DNA of 64,000 nt. Origin: Cyanophora paradoxa CCMP329 (lineage: Eukaryota; Plantae; Glaucophyta). Below, piece after piece: positions 36,601 through 49,479 of this stretch. The notes beneath the pieces were generated by a model. That model saw nothing but the letters and a program-made list of their open reading frames with translations. It did no database searches and was not told the DNA's origin. Both the position numbers and the translations under genes were made by a program. Numbering within the stretch: position 1 is the stretch's first letter; every line of letters starts with the position of its first letter. The DNA lies in assembly GCA_004431415.1 (NCBI GenBank), contig QPMI01000549.1, positions 124,001 through 188,000 of the forward strand. Reading direction: 5' to 3'.

Positions 36601-39600
36601 AGGAATACGCCCTCGTGAGCCAAAACATTCTGCAGAGATACATCTCCGCCCACATGCGTGCAGCCCCATTGATCCGCGAGCGATCGCGCAGATCGGCGAC
36701 TCCGTGATCCTTGCTGCGCGCTTGATGGCCGCTGCGCGAGCGAACATCGGCTCCGGCAGCGGAAGGGTCCCGGTGCGCGATGCGCCCCTCGCTCCTACTC
36801 GCAGCGTGCGTCTCTCTCTGACCAGTGTCGCCGGGCGCGCAGCTCCTCTGCGACGTGCTGTGCGACTCGTTCGTCTCGTCGACCATCTCCGCCCGCCGCC
36901 GGAGGCTGGTGCGACCTTTCCGATTTCCCCTCCATCCGGAAGTCGATCCGCTGGAGAATTGTTCCTGATTTCCGTGCGCTCGAAATTCGAAGGGGTTCCG
37001 CCTGGACGCGCTGCCCCCGATCCGCGCCAAGGGCTTCAGCGAGCCCGTCTTCGTGTCCCGCCCCAAGGCGAGTCCTCCGTATCTCGCGCTTGAGCTCTGG
37101 TTCGATCGCGCGTTACATGTGCGCTTGCTGCGCGCGCGCTGCGGCAGGCCGTGGAGGACGTCCCGAGAGACTTCGAAGAGTCTCAGCGGCGGATGACGCG
37201 GCGACTCCCCATGCCCGGCTCCGGCTCCTTTGCCAGCGACGGCGCCGGCGCCGGCGCCGACGCCGGCGGCCGCAACTCGCACCGCTCCGAGTCCTCCATC
37301 TCAGAATCGGCGTCCCGGCGCTCCCGGGTGCTGGATCGTCACCCGGTTCCGATTTTCGGGCGGTGCGCGCGCTCGCTGCGGCGCGCGGCTCTGACCTTGT
37401 CGGCGTACGGCCGCTGATGCGTGCGATCCTCGCGTGCGTGCGCAGCGACGCCGTGCTCGAGCGCTGCATCGAGGAGGTCAGGGCGTGTGCCGCGGGCGGG
37501 CAGGGCGGCACCATCTTCATCGAGGGGGACGCGGGGTTCGGGAAGACCCGCATCCTGCGCGAGGTCCGCCGCGCGCCAGAATTCCTAGCGACGTTTGCAT
37601 TCCTAGAGACGTAGAAATCGGTTATGAACCTTTCCCTTGCGCCAGGTCGTGGCGTCAATCGGAGCCGAGCGATTCGTCCTGCTGCAGGGAGCGACGGCCG
37701 CAACCGAGGTACCGTAGCACATCGCGCCTCTTAGAGGACGCATGCCCACGTACGGGAAAGCAACTGACGCGCTCGACCGGCAGGAGAGCACGCCGCTCTA
37801 CGCGTTCCGCGGGGTGCTGGCGTCTCTTCTCGAGGCGCAGGGGGCCCTCGCCCCGAGCGGCGGCCTCGCGAACCCACGCGAGAGCTGGCTCCCCGCTGCG
37901 GGCGCCGGGCAGACCAGCTGGGTGGCAGAGCTGGAGATCCCCGTTCTCTGGAGCGCAATCCTCGGCGGCGGCAGCGGCAGCGGCAGATCGGGCAGGGGCG
38001 GTGCGCAACTCTCCTCTCGCGAACTTTTCGGAAATGCGAAGCTTGCCATTGCTATTTACACATTGACGCCGACAGGCCGCGGAGTGGATCGCAAGCACTC
38101 GTACCAGAGTGGCTACCAGCCGCTCAACGCGCAGCTGCTCGTCCGCGTGGCCAACTCGCTGGCACGGTCCGCTGCTCGGCGCCCCGAACACCGATGTGCT
38201 CACTGGACGCGCTTTGGGCGCGTCGCTCACTGCTTCGGCCAGGCTCATCCACGCGCTGGAGACCGCCGGCCGCGGGGAGAACCGCCGCGGCCGGCAGGTC
38301 GCCCTCGTCGTCGAGGTAGGAGCCGGCGACCGCCGCCCGCCGCTAGTCGACGTCGTTCTATATATCTGCAATGCGCTGATATCTGCTTTTACTTCGCGGC
38401 AGGACGCGCACTGGATGGACAGCTCGTCGTGGAACACCCTCCGCTCCCTTCGGGAGGCCTGCCCCCGGCTCCTGGTGATTGCCCCTTGTGCACGCGACTG
38501 CGCGCCCGCTCGCATCGGAGAGCTCTTCTGACCGCGCCTGCGCTCAGATCGTGATCAGCACGCGGCCCATTCCACGTCCACCCGACGAGTACCTTATATT
38601 GTTGCAGGGCCAGGTGCGCCAATACTAATGCCTCCGGGTTGGCTCACGGTCCACGGCTTTGCTTCTGACAGCGCGTCTTCCCTTAGACGCCTGAGGAGCG
38701 CTGGCGCGCATACGGGAGCGACCTGGCGCCGCGCGCGAGCGATATCTATCGCGAGCCGGCTACGCCCAAGACGCCGCAGTCTCGCCTCAGGGGACTCGGC
38801 TTCCTCGGGCACAACGCCTTCGGGAGCATCCGCAGGCCGTGGCAGGCGGCAGCCGACTCGGACTCAGAGTGCGCTGGTTCAGAGTGCACGAGCCCGCGTT
38901 CGTCTCTGAGCGTGTGCTCCTGTCGAATTACCAGAACGCCGGTGATGGATTTCGACAGAGAAGACAGCCGCGATCGGGTGCGCTCGCCTCGATCGCGCTT
39001 TCGTCGGAGGGAGAGCGTTTCGAGGCGCCTCGCAGGCCCCGGCCGACAACGACGACGCGGGGCGGCGCGGGGAGCGCCGGGCGAGGGCCGAGGGGGCGCC
39101 TGGGCCGGTGCCGGGGATCTCGAATGCGAGCCCGACGGCCCGCCGGCCCGTCGTCGTCCACCTGGGTCCCCTGGCCCGCGACGACGCCCGCATGCTCCTC
39201 CTGGTGCTGTCCTCGATTCGCTCGGCGCCTGCACGGTTGGAGTCCGTCGGGCGCGGCAGCTGACGCCGGGCGGTCGCGGCTTCGAATTCGCAGAACCTCT
39301 CCGAGCGGATGAAGATCTCCTGGCCCGCGGACTTTGTCGAATCCGTGCTCGAGAAGGCCTCGGGGGTGCGCATGCGGCGAAACCAGAGCCGGATCTCCAG
39401 CCTTGACTTCCGCATGTCTAATAGAGTTGTTTCCATTGCGATTGCCCAGGTTCCGCTCTTCCTGGTTGAGCTGTGCCGCCAGCAAATGGTGGGCGCTTGT
39501 CGAACTGCGTCTCATGCATAAGCATTTGCATGCGCAACTCAGTGGCTGTTCCGCTTTCGCTGGAACTAATTTATCGCACGCGCGTCAGGCGGCTGCGGAC

Positions 39601-42600
39601 ACTGAGGCGTCGAAACTGGCCATTCCAGATTCGGTGCGCTCAATTCGCTGCATGTGCATCTACAGGCCACGTCAATCTACGCTTACACGCTGGATCCGCA
39701 GCTTCAGCAGCTTGTGCTACAGCACGCCGACGGGCTTCCGCCACAGGCACAGGCGCGTCAGCCTCAGCGGCCTGCGCCGCTGAAGGCGCCCTTGCTGAGA
39801 ACGCGCCGCGGACAGGCTGTGCTCAAGCTGGCGGCCATCGTTGGGAACGAATTCACAGCGACCATCATTCGCGCCGTCGATCCATCAGGTTGGCTTGCGG
39901 AGCGCGGCGGGAAAAGACCTCGGAGTGCGGCTGAGTGCGCCCCTGTCCCCGCAGGAATGAGCGCGAACGCGATCCACTTCGCGATCCGCCTCCTCTGGCG
40001 CGACAACCTAATCACGGCGCGTCGCTGGCTTCGATGTCTCCAGGCCGCCAGCGCTTCCTGCATCGCATCTAAAGCGAGGCCTCCGCAGGTGGTGGACAGC
40101 GCGACGGGCCACCCGCAGCTTGTGGACGAGGAGGACGCGGAGGCGGAGGCGGGCGAGCCGCCGGGCTGGCCGCCCGAGGAAATGCGCCTCGACTTCCACC
40201 ACCAGCTCGTCAAGGTCCGCCCCGCAATCGGCCCCGCCACCGGACCTCCTCGGCATCGTTGCTTGGTTGTAATTGTTTGCGGACTCGTTGTAGGAAACCA
40301 TCTACTCTGCGACGGCGAACAGCCTGAGAAGGGAGGTCCACAGGCGCTACGCCGAGCACCTCGAGAAGCTCGACGGGGCCGACATCGAGGCCGCGAGCGC
40401 CCTCGTGTGCGTGAACGGCGCTTGCTACACACAATCGTGTTGTCTCCGTGGCTAGCCTAGTAGGCCAGTGCCGACGCTGTCGCTGTCGCGTTTGTTTGCA
40501 GGCACCACTGGCGCTGCGCTGAGGACCTGCCCAGAGCCCTCGTCCACCTTTCCAACGCGGTGCGTCAGCGCTGCAGTGCCATCCAAAGGGTGCCTCGGCG
40601 AGGGCTGACACGCCCATCTCGACGTACAGGCGTGGCAGGCCGTGCGCACAAACGCCCTCAAGGAAGCTTCGGCGATGCTTGCCGGTGCGCATCGGCGTGG
40701 GTCACATCCTTTGCGAGTCTAGACTGGCGCTGACCCTGCCGCAGACGTGTGCGCCACGATCGACGACCACGGCATCGCCGGGCCCGAGACGCGCCCGCTG
40801 CCGGCCGCGTTGCGGCTGGCGTGCTCCGGGGCCGCCACGGGCCGCCGCGCCTCCGTGCGCCGCTTCCGCGCTGAAATTCGGCGTTCGCCACCGGATCCGC
40901 AGCTGACGGCGCGGCCTCCGCCACGCCAGGTCGTCTCCGCCGACGGCTTCGGGATCGACGCGCAGGACCGGGCGCGGTGGCGCACGACGCGGGACGTCGC
41001 CTGCGGCGCCCTCGCCTCCATCGCCTACTACAACGGCAACATGGAGCTCAGCCACGAGCTCGCCGTGCGTCCCGCCCCTTCTGCGCTTCTCTTTCGCGAC
41101 GGAACGTTCCATTGAAGCGGCTCTAAATTACATAATTAATTGTTTCTGTTGACGCTTCTGCTCACGTTCGCGTTCTTCAAGGTTGCCGTGCTGGTGAGCC
41201 TTGGCGAGGCCGTGCCTGCCCGCAAGGCGTCCCTCCTCGGCGTGGCGCGGCTGCTCGTCCGCCTCGCGCGGCTCGGCAGGCGGGCCGCCAAGGACGCCGC
41301 CGCCGACGGGCGCGGCCTGCCGGCGTACGCCGCCCACCGCGACTGCCGCGAGGTCGCCCTCGACTGCCTCCTCCTCGTCATGTGGTGCCCCGATCCCAAC
41401 CGAAAACGAAAGCTGAAGACGCTCGAAATTGAGCGGCGCGCGCGCGCGCGCAGGATCAACATGCGGAACGGGAAGCAGGGCGCCCCGAAGCAGGTGGAGG
41501 GCCAGGCCCCGCCGCAGGCGCGCGGCTTCGAGCTCGCGGCCTTCGCGATCGCCCGCTGCGTCGAGATCTCCTGCGCGACCCCCAAGCACGTGCGCGCGAT
41601 ATTTATTCGCGGGGAGCCGCCGGCGTCGGGTCGCCCGGCTCCGAACGCGCCCGCGCAGCTCCGGACCATACAGGACGTGAGGATCCTGTCGACCTTCTCC
41701 ACCTTCCTCGACAGTGCGCCTCTCAAGCGATTCCCCTCGATGCGATCTCGCGTCGACGTTTTGACGCCGGCCACCGTCCGGTCCGCGCTCCAGTCGTCGG
41801 CATGACGAAGACGGCCCGTGGGGTCCTGCAGCGCGCCAGGGAGCGCGCCATCGCGATCGGTGACGACACGGTGCGCTGCTTTAATTTCAGCCGAACGTGC
41901 CATCGAAATTGAATCGTTCGAGTCGCTGAGCTCCGCCGCTCAGAGCCGCGCCTTCGTGGCGTCGCACACGGCGATGCAGGCGTGCCGGCACGGCCGCTTC
42001 CGCGAGGGCTGCGCCGAGTTCGAGATCGCCGTCTCGTGCGCCCAGACGACCGCCCGCGCTCTCGCTCTCGCGCGCGCGTCGCGGCCGGTGACGGCCCCGT
42101 GCGCGCGCGCCCGCCCGCAGGCTGGAGGGGACGAACCCGCGCATCAAGCTGGACGCCGGCGTCATCTACGCCCTCACTTTCGTCCTCCAGGCGCGCCCTC
42201 CGACGCCGAGCCGCCGCGGGGCGCCATCGGTGTCTGATTTCTACGCCGGCCGCAGGGCCAGTACGCGGCGGCGCGGAGGACGTGCGGCGAGCTCATCCGC
42301 GTCTCCAAGCACCTTGGGATCGACGGCCGCGGTGCGCTGGAGCTGGCGGGCCCGACGCGCCTCCCCGCTTCCTCTGACAAGCGTCCGGCGCCGCTCAGTG
42401 ATCCAGGTGGTGGCGCTGGTGGACGCGTCGACGGCGCTGCTTGAGGGGCGCCCCGCCCGCGCCGAGCACGTCCTCCGCTTCGTCGAGCCGGTGCGCCCGC
42501 CCCGAAGCGAGCCGTCCGCGATCGCGCGGGGCGGACCGCACCACTGATCCACGCGGTTTCCGCGCGGCAGCTGAACGACTTCATTCAGCAGCAGGAATGG

Positions 42601-44317
42601 TGCGCCTTGGATCCGTCCACGGCCGCTAGAAAATTTTGGGGCGGTCGGATCATTAGCTATGACACCAGCGCTGATCGCTTCCAGGTGGTATTTGCGGTCC
42701 CTGGACGTCTTCCGCGGAATCTGCGCGTGGCGCGCCGGCGACGCGGCCAGCGCCGCGGCCAGCTTCGAGGGCGCCTTCGAGTACTGGCGGGGCGAGGTCA
42801 AGACCGTCACCTGGCCCGCCCTGCGTGCGTCCGAATCGAACCGCGCGCGCCCTCCAAAACCTGAGATCTAGAGCTGATCGTGAGCTTTGTTTCGTGCCAC
42901 GGCCAGTTTTCATATCCGTGCTCCTGGATTTCGCGCTCTGGTGGCAGTCCGACACGGCGGCCGCGCTCGCCGCCGCCCTCGACGCGAACCGGCCGAAGAT
43001 TCGCCTCGGGTGAGCGTGGCCTCGGCTCGTCGGTCCCTCGGGAGCCCTCGCGCCGCCCCTTGACCGCGCGCGCGCGCGCGTGCGCAGGGCCGTGGCGCGG
43101 CTGCGCGCGCTCGCGTGCGGCGGCTCGCCCCGGGCCTCCGTCTCCGACTACGAGCTCGAGCTCGAGGCGGGCCGCGCTCGCGCGCAGATGCCCGCGACGC
43201 CGGCGCCGCTCACCGCCCGCTCCGTCCTCCTCGACACGGTGCGGCCGCCGCCGCGCGCGCCCTTCCGGAAAGGAAAGGAAGGGCCGACGGGGCCCGCCGG
43301 CGCCGGCGATCGGGACCAGGGCGGCGCGGGCGCGTCCAAGAGCGCGCGCGAGCGGCGCGTGTCGGCGGTGCGGATCGTGTCGGACCTGGACGCGGCGGAG
43401 GCGGAGGCGGAGGCGGGGGCGGAGAGGGACCGCGGGCAGGCCTCCGACATCGATCGCGGCGTGGACGCGCTCGCCCTCCTCGTGCGTGTCGGGGCGCGAG
43501 GCGCTCGAGGCGATAGACGGCCCGGACCTGACGCGCGGGGCAGGACCGGGCGGTGGCGGGCGGCTCGCGCGGACGCCCCGCGCGGCCGCGTCGGCGCCGG
43601 CGTCGGCGTCGGCGTCGCGCCGCGGCAGCCTCTCGTGGCGGGGGCCCGCCTCCTCGTCGCCCTCTCGACCCCCGCCAGCGCCTCCCGCCTATCGCCGCCC
43701 CCGGCGCCGGCCGCCTCTCCCTCCTCCGCCTGCGGCGCGCGCCGGCGGCCGGGCCGGGGACGAGACCGTCCGGGCCCTCGCCGCCGAGGCCAGGCAGGCC
43801 GCCGCCTTCCTCCGCGAGGTCCCCCTCCCTGCCCGATTGCACAATTACGTAAAAGCAGGCGTATGGAGCTTGCTTGCCGTTAGAGCAACTCGGCAAGCCG
43901 AAGCTCGCCGGCAATAGAGACTGACCCCGCGCGCTCCTCGGCCCCCGCGCAGCTGGGTTCCCTGCTCGAGGAGACGTGCCGCCGGCGCCTCCCGAACCTG
44001 GCGCCCTGCTGCGACCTGCTCCGCGCGCAGCGCCCGGGCGTGCCCGCGCGCGCCGCCTGGCCTCGCTGCGCGCCGCCCGCGACGGCTTCGCGGCCGGCGG
44101 CCTGCGGCCCTTCGAGGCGCTCGCCTGCATGCAGCTGGCGCGGGCCGAGCCGGACCGCGCGGCGGCGGCCGCCGCGGTCGACGCCGCCGGCCGCATCGCC
44201 GACGAGACGCGCACGCTCATCCCCGCCCTGCAGCGGCTCCGCGGCGCCCGCTCCGGCGCCGGCGCCGGAACCGGCGCCGAGGCCGCCCCTGAGGGCTACC
44301 TTTCCCTCTTTGGATAA
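33659..44317 (+). CDS. Soluble adenylyl cyclase (ADCY10)-like protein: two class III cyclase domains, STAND/AAA_16 NTPase, helical C-terminus
   Basis: LFVD-VSGFSSL, VNEYF..LFFAG-DAIV, DDK-G, HEDDAERAVRAA, FCGTLGSPCRKEYAL-IGDSVILAARLM, Walker A IEGDAGFGKT, Walker B VVE-DAHWMDSSSW, VLKLAAIVGNEF, FHHQLVK. Start at 33659, 33733 or 34001; TAA at 44315-44317. Confidence 0.88.
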
Positions 44318-45739
44318 CCGCATGCACACGTCTGTAGCCATCTTTGGATGATCGGATGCACACCTCTGTAGCCAAATCTTTCCGTGCCTCGGTGCGCGCC
44401 AGCTGCAGTTCAAGCAGTCCCGTGAATTCCGGGTTCAGTAGCTGTAGTAGCGTACAATCAATTGCAATGCCTCGGGCCTAATCTTGTTGTATATTTCTGC
44501 GATCTCTCGTTGCTTCATCGTCAAGTGCAACATTTTTGAAGCTTAAGTCTGCGAGTGCGTGTGCTCGAGCCGCAATCTATCGATATCGTAGTATCGCGAA
44601 CGATGGTTTTCAATCACTGCGCGTTTTCAATGATCACGAGTGCTAGTTTTCTTGCAGGCTTTCATGTGCGATTCTGATGATCATGATTCCTGATATTCTG
44701 CGCCCTGGCTTTCATGCGTTACTGGATTTGATGCGTTTTTTTTGATCATGATTCACGTGTACACGTAGTGCAACCGAACATTGCAAATTGTAACAAGCGA
44801 GTCCCTGCGGAGCAGGAGTGGCCTTGGGTCTTGGGGCTTCAAGGCGTGAGGGTGGCAGCTCTTTGTTTTTTAACGGGGGCCCGCAACCGCGCGCGGTTAC
44901 GGGGGAGGGGGGAGGAGAAATAGGGGGTCCACTCGGCAAGGGTACACACTCAAGTGAGAGGGTACAGAATTGTGCTGCAAGGGTACAGAGATATCGATGC
45001 GGGGCCCAATCGGCCGCAGTTGTACCGAGCACAGGCCCCGAGGGGCCCATTGGTCGTTTCAGCTGAATGAAAACGACTTTAATTTCGGCGCTTTTTGGAG
45101 GTGGTTAATAATAAGCTATGAATCATTTGAATGTAATTCGTAGTAATAAGGCTCTGTCTAAATTGTCTATTTTAATTATCTTTCAATCAACGCATCAAAT
45201 CCTTTTAAATCCCACATCGTGGCACACTACGACCCTGTCTCATACAAATTTGCTGGCCGGCAACGTGGCGCTCCGTTAATTTGGAGACTATTTCCTAGCG
45301 AATGGGGTGCGGCCTTTTCAAATTAAGAATTCTTAAAATTCGACTTGGAGGACCAATGTGATTTGCGCTTTCAGTTTTTTTCCGGGAAAATGCTTTTCGA
45401 TGCTTTTCGAGGTGCTGTTGCTGCCCATTAGAGGCCTCTCATAGGAAAACCGCCTCGGCCATCGTGCTCTCCAGGGTCGAAAACGGGTACCTAGGTCCAA
45501 AAATTTTGCCCTGAATCGCAGTTTGAATCCACGGACAGGACAGGCACAGACCTAAGGGCCTCTCCTTTCCCCAAGGCCGATTCAATTAGATTGAGAGACC
45601 CCCGCCCCCCGAAGACGTACGCGTCATGATCACGATCACGTCAAGTTTTGAGTTCTTCATCTCCAAATTGGCAAGAACTCGGAAACCCGATAATTAGTAA
45701 ATTTTCGCACGTGCGTCATGATCAGGCAACTGCACATGT

Positions 45740-48700
45740 ACACCCTGAGGCCTCGAAACTGGCCATTAATGCCAGATTCGGTACGGTACCGGAGCCCTCA
45801 GCGCCGCTACGAGTTATGGCTCTATGGCGCAGTTTCCGCCATACAAACTTTTTCCGAGTCAAGTCGATTGACTAAACTCGGCCGAGTTTTTAGACTGGGA
45901 ACACCTTCCAAGTCAAATTAGTACTGCGCTGGGACCGTCGAGGTCCCCGTACTAATTCGACTTGAAAATGCCAGTGTTTTCCGATTGGGCGCGTGCCGGT
46001 ATATTTCACATGCTATATAAAAGCTGCTGTTGGCAGTTACTAGCCGGCAGTTACTAGGACTGTACCAGGAGGCTACTAGAACCTACCAGGTAGCTAATTT
46101 ACATAAGGGCAAGATCTGCCAGCCGCGCATCCGGCGCCTGCCAATCTGGAGTTTGGCCCCAGTTCGCCAGGAAACTCCGCCTAAGGCCCATAACTCGTAG
46201 CGCTCAGCGCCTCAATTGCAATCAACTACATGCATGTGTGCATCTGTCCGCATGCCATGCATGGCCAGGCCGCTTTCAACTGGCAAACTTGAAAGTTTGC
46301 GTTTACACCTTGCCAAGTTGGATCGGGCAGCTTCAGCAGCTTGTGCTACAGTACGCCGACGGACTTCCGCCTCAGGCACAGGTCGCGGGCGCGTCAGCCT
46401 CGGCCGCCTGCGCCGCTGGAGGCACCCTTGCTGAGAACGCGCCGCGGACAGGCCGTGCTCAAGCTGGCGGCCATCCTTGGGAGCGAATTCACAGCGACCA
46501 TCATACGCGCCGTCGATCCATCGGGTTGGCTTGCGGAGCGCGGCGGGAAAAGACCTCGGAGTGCGGCTGAGTGCGCCCCTGTCCCCGCAGGAATGAGCGC
46601 GAACGCGATCCACTTCGCGATCCGCCTCCTCTGGCGCGACAACCTAATCACGGCGCGTCGCTGACTTTGATGTCTTCAGGCCGCCAGCGCTTTCTGCATC
46701 GCATCTAAAGCTAGGCCTCCGCAGGTGGTGGACAGCGCGACGGGCCACCCGCAGCTTGTGGACGAGGAGGACGCGGAGGCCGAGGCGGGCGAGCCGCCGG
46801 GCTGGCCGCCCGAGGAACTGCGCCTCGACTTCCACCACCAGCTCGTCAAGGTCCGCCTCGCAATCGGCTCCGCCACCGGACCTCTTCGGCACCGTCGCTT
46901 AGTTTTAATTATCTGCGGAATCGTTGTAGGAAACCATCTACTCTGCGACGGCGCACAGCCTGAGAAGGGAGGTCCACAGGCGCTACGCCGAGCACCTCGA
47001 GAAGCTTGACGGGGCCGATATCGAGGCCGCGAGCGCGCTCGTGTGAGTAAACGGCGCTTGCTTCATGATATTGCGTTGCCTCCGTACCTAGGAGAGCACT
47101 GACGCTGTCGCGTTTGTTTGCAGGCACCACTGGCGCTGCGCCGAGGATCTGCCCAGAGCCCTCGTTCACCTTTCCAACGCGGTGCGTCAGCGCTGTAGTA
47201 CTGATCAAAAGAGTGCCTTCGGCGAGGATTGACACGCTCATCTCCACGTACAGGCGTGGCAGGCCGTGCGCACAAATGCTCTCAAAGAAGCTTCGGCGAT
47301 GCTTGCCGGTTCGCATCGGCGTGGGGCACATTCGTTGCGATTCCGGAGAGTTGCCGACCCGGCCGCAGACGTGTGCGCCACGATCGACGACCACGGCATC
47401 GCCGGGCCCGAGACACGCCCGCTGCCGGCCGCTTTGCGGCTGGCGTGCTCCGGGGCCGCCACGGGCCGCCGCGCCTCCGTGCGCCGCTTCCGCGCTGAAA
47501 TTCTGAAATTCGGCGTTCGCCTTCGCCGCTGATCATGACGCCTCCGGCGCGCCGCTCGCGACGCCAGGTCTCCGCCGCCGACGACTTCGGGATCGACGGG
47601 CCGGAGCGGGCGCGGTGGCGGACGACGCGGGACCTCGCCTGCGGCGCCCTCGCCTCCATCGCCTACTACAACGGCAACATGGAGCTCAGCCACGAGCTCG
47701 CCGTGCGCCGGGCGCTCTCTTTAGAACATTTCGCTTGGAAGCGGCTTTAAAATTAAATTCTTTCCGTTTCTGCTCATGTTCACGTCGATGTTCTTTTAGG
47801 TTGCCGTGCTGGCGAGCCTGGGCGAGGCGGTCCCTGCCCGCAAGGCGTCCCTCTTCGGCGTGGCGCGGCTGCTCGTCCGCCTTGCCCGGCTCGGCAGGCG
47901 GGCCGCCAAGGACGCCGCCGCCGACGGGCGCGGCCTGCCGGCGTACGCTGCCCACCGCGATCTCCGCGAGGTCGCCCTCGACTGCCTCCTCCTCGTCATG
48001 TGGTGCCCGGATCCGAACCGCAAACGAAAGATAAAGGCGACAGAAAGTAAAGTGTGAGGCGCGCGCGCGCGCGCGCGCAGGATCAACATGCGGAACGGGA
48101 AGCAGGGCGCCCCGATAGCGAAGCGGGCGGAGGGGCAGGCCCCGCTGCAGGCGCGCGGCTTCGAGCTCGCCGCCTTCGCGATCGCCCGCTGCGTCGAGAT
48201 CTCCTGCGCGACGCCCAAGCACGTGCGCCCGATATTCAATCGCGGGGAGCTCGAGCCGCCCGATTAAATACCGAACGCGTCCGCGCAGCTACGGACCATA
48301 CAAGATGTTAGGATCGTGTCCGACGGTCGACTTTCTCCACCTTCCTCGACAGTGCGCCTCTCAATTGCGAATCATTCCCCTCGATGCGAGCTCGCGTCGA
48401 CGTCGACGTTCTGAAAACGGCCGCCGTACGGTCCGCCCTCCAGTCGTCGGCATGACAAAGACGGCCCGCGGGGTCCTGCAGCGCGCGAGGGAGCGCGCCA
48501 TCGCGATCGGTGACGACACGGTGCGCTGCTTTAATTTCAGCCGACTGCGCCATCGAAATTGAATCGCTTCGAGTCGCTGAGCTCCGCCGCTCAGAGCCGC
48601 GCCTTTGTGGCGTCGCACACGGCGATGCAGGCGTGCCGCCACGGCCGCTTCCGCGAGGGCTGTGCCGAGTTCGAGGTCGCCGTCTCGTGCGCCCAGACGA

Positions 48701-48839
48701 CCGCCCGCGCTCTCGCTCTCGCGCGCGTGTCGCGACCGGTGACGGCGTCGCGCGCGCGCGTGCCTGCTGGCTGGAGGGGACGAACCCGCGCATCAAGCTG
48801 GACGCCGGCGTGATCTACGCCCTCACTTTCGTCCTCCAG
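45740..48839 (+). pseudogene. Diverged direct partial duplicate of cyclase gene segment about 39600-42190
   Basis: Colinear exons and introns with substitutions and frame-breaking insertions (about 45766, about 48321). Interrupted by a MITE and cut at 48839 by the viral element. Confidence 0.9.
45805..46202. mobile_element. MITE, 398 bp, with 15-bp TIR and 8-bp TSD
   Basis: TIR CGCTACGAGTTATGG / CCATAACTCGTAGCG; TSD CTCAGCGC at 45797-45804 and 46203-46210; internal hairpin at about 45910-45964. Confidence 0.88.
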
Positions 48840-49479
48840 TGTTGTACACCCATGGACCCCGCTTACGGCCACTTCGCTTCGCTCCGGGCCGCGGTTCCAT
48901 GGGTATTTAGCGTCTTCCCCTCACTAGATCGATCTGATTTTGCCGTGCGTGTACCAAAATCGTTTTACACGTTTCCCTCTGCTATTACGTGCCGGAGGGC
49001 GTGTGCGTGGGTACCTTAGGGGTTGAAAAATAAAATTCGATTTAGCTTCGAGGAGGTAGCTAACGGGAGAGCCTTTGAGGCTGATTGGGAATTCACTTTA
49101 GGGTATGAGCTTAGGCATTCTAGTGTCCACTGAGAGGCCGAAGGGTCGCAGACAAGCAGCGACGCTGCGCCTAAGGAAGTGCGAAGCACAAGTAGCTTCT
49201 TGCCTACGGCCATCTTGGCTGACGCCGCACTAGAAATTCCCGGGGAGGTGCCCAACCCACGCCAGCAAAGTGAATTTAGGGATGGCTCTGTGCATCTTCT
49301 TACATCCAGCCTACGTACATGTCAGATCGGATGAATGCGAAATACCCAAACAATGGACCAAAGAACGAATCTAGCCCGACTGGAAAAAGCAAAGGCTGCC
49401 GAAAGCGACCTCAGTAAAACCCAGTCTCAAAGATCAAACTCGATGTATATAGCCTGCTTGATTTCGCGGCTGTTTCTCC

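Noticed and set aside
1-48800. Many long Arg/Pro/Gly-rich ORFs in the six-frame track
   Set aside because: Artefacts of very high GC and unspliced introns; the real genes are spliced.
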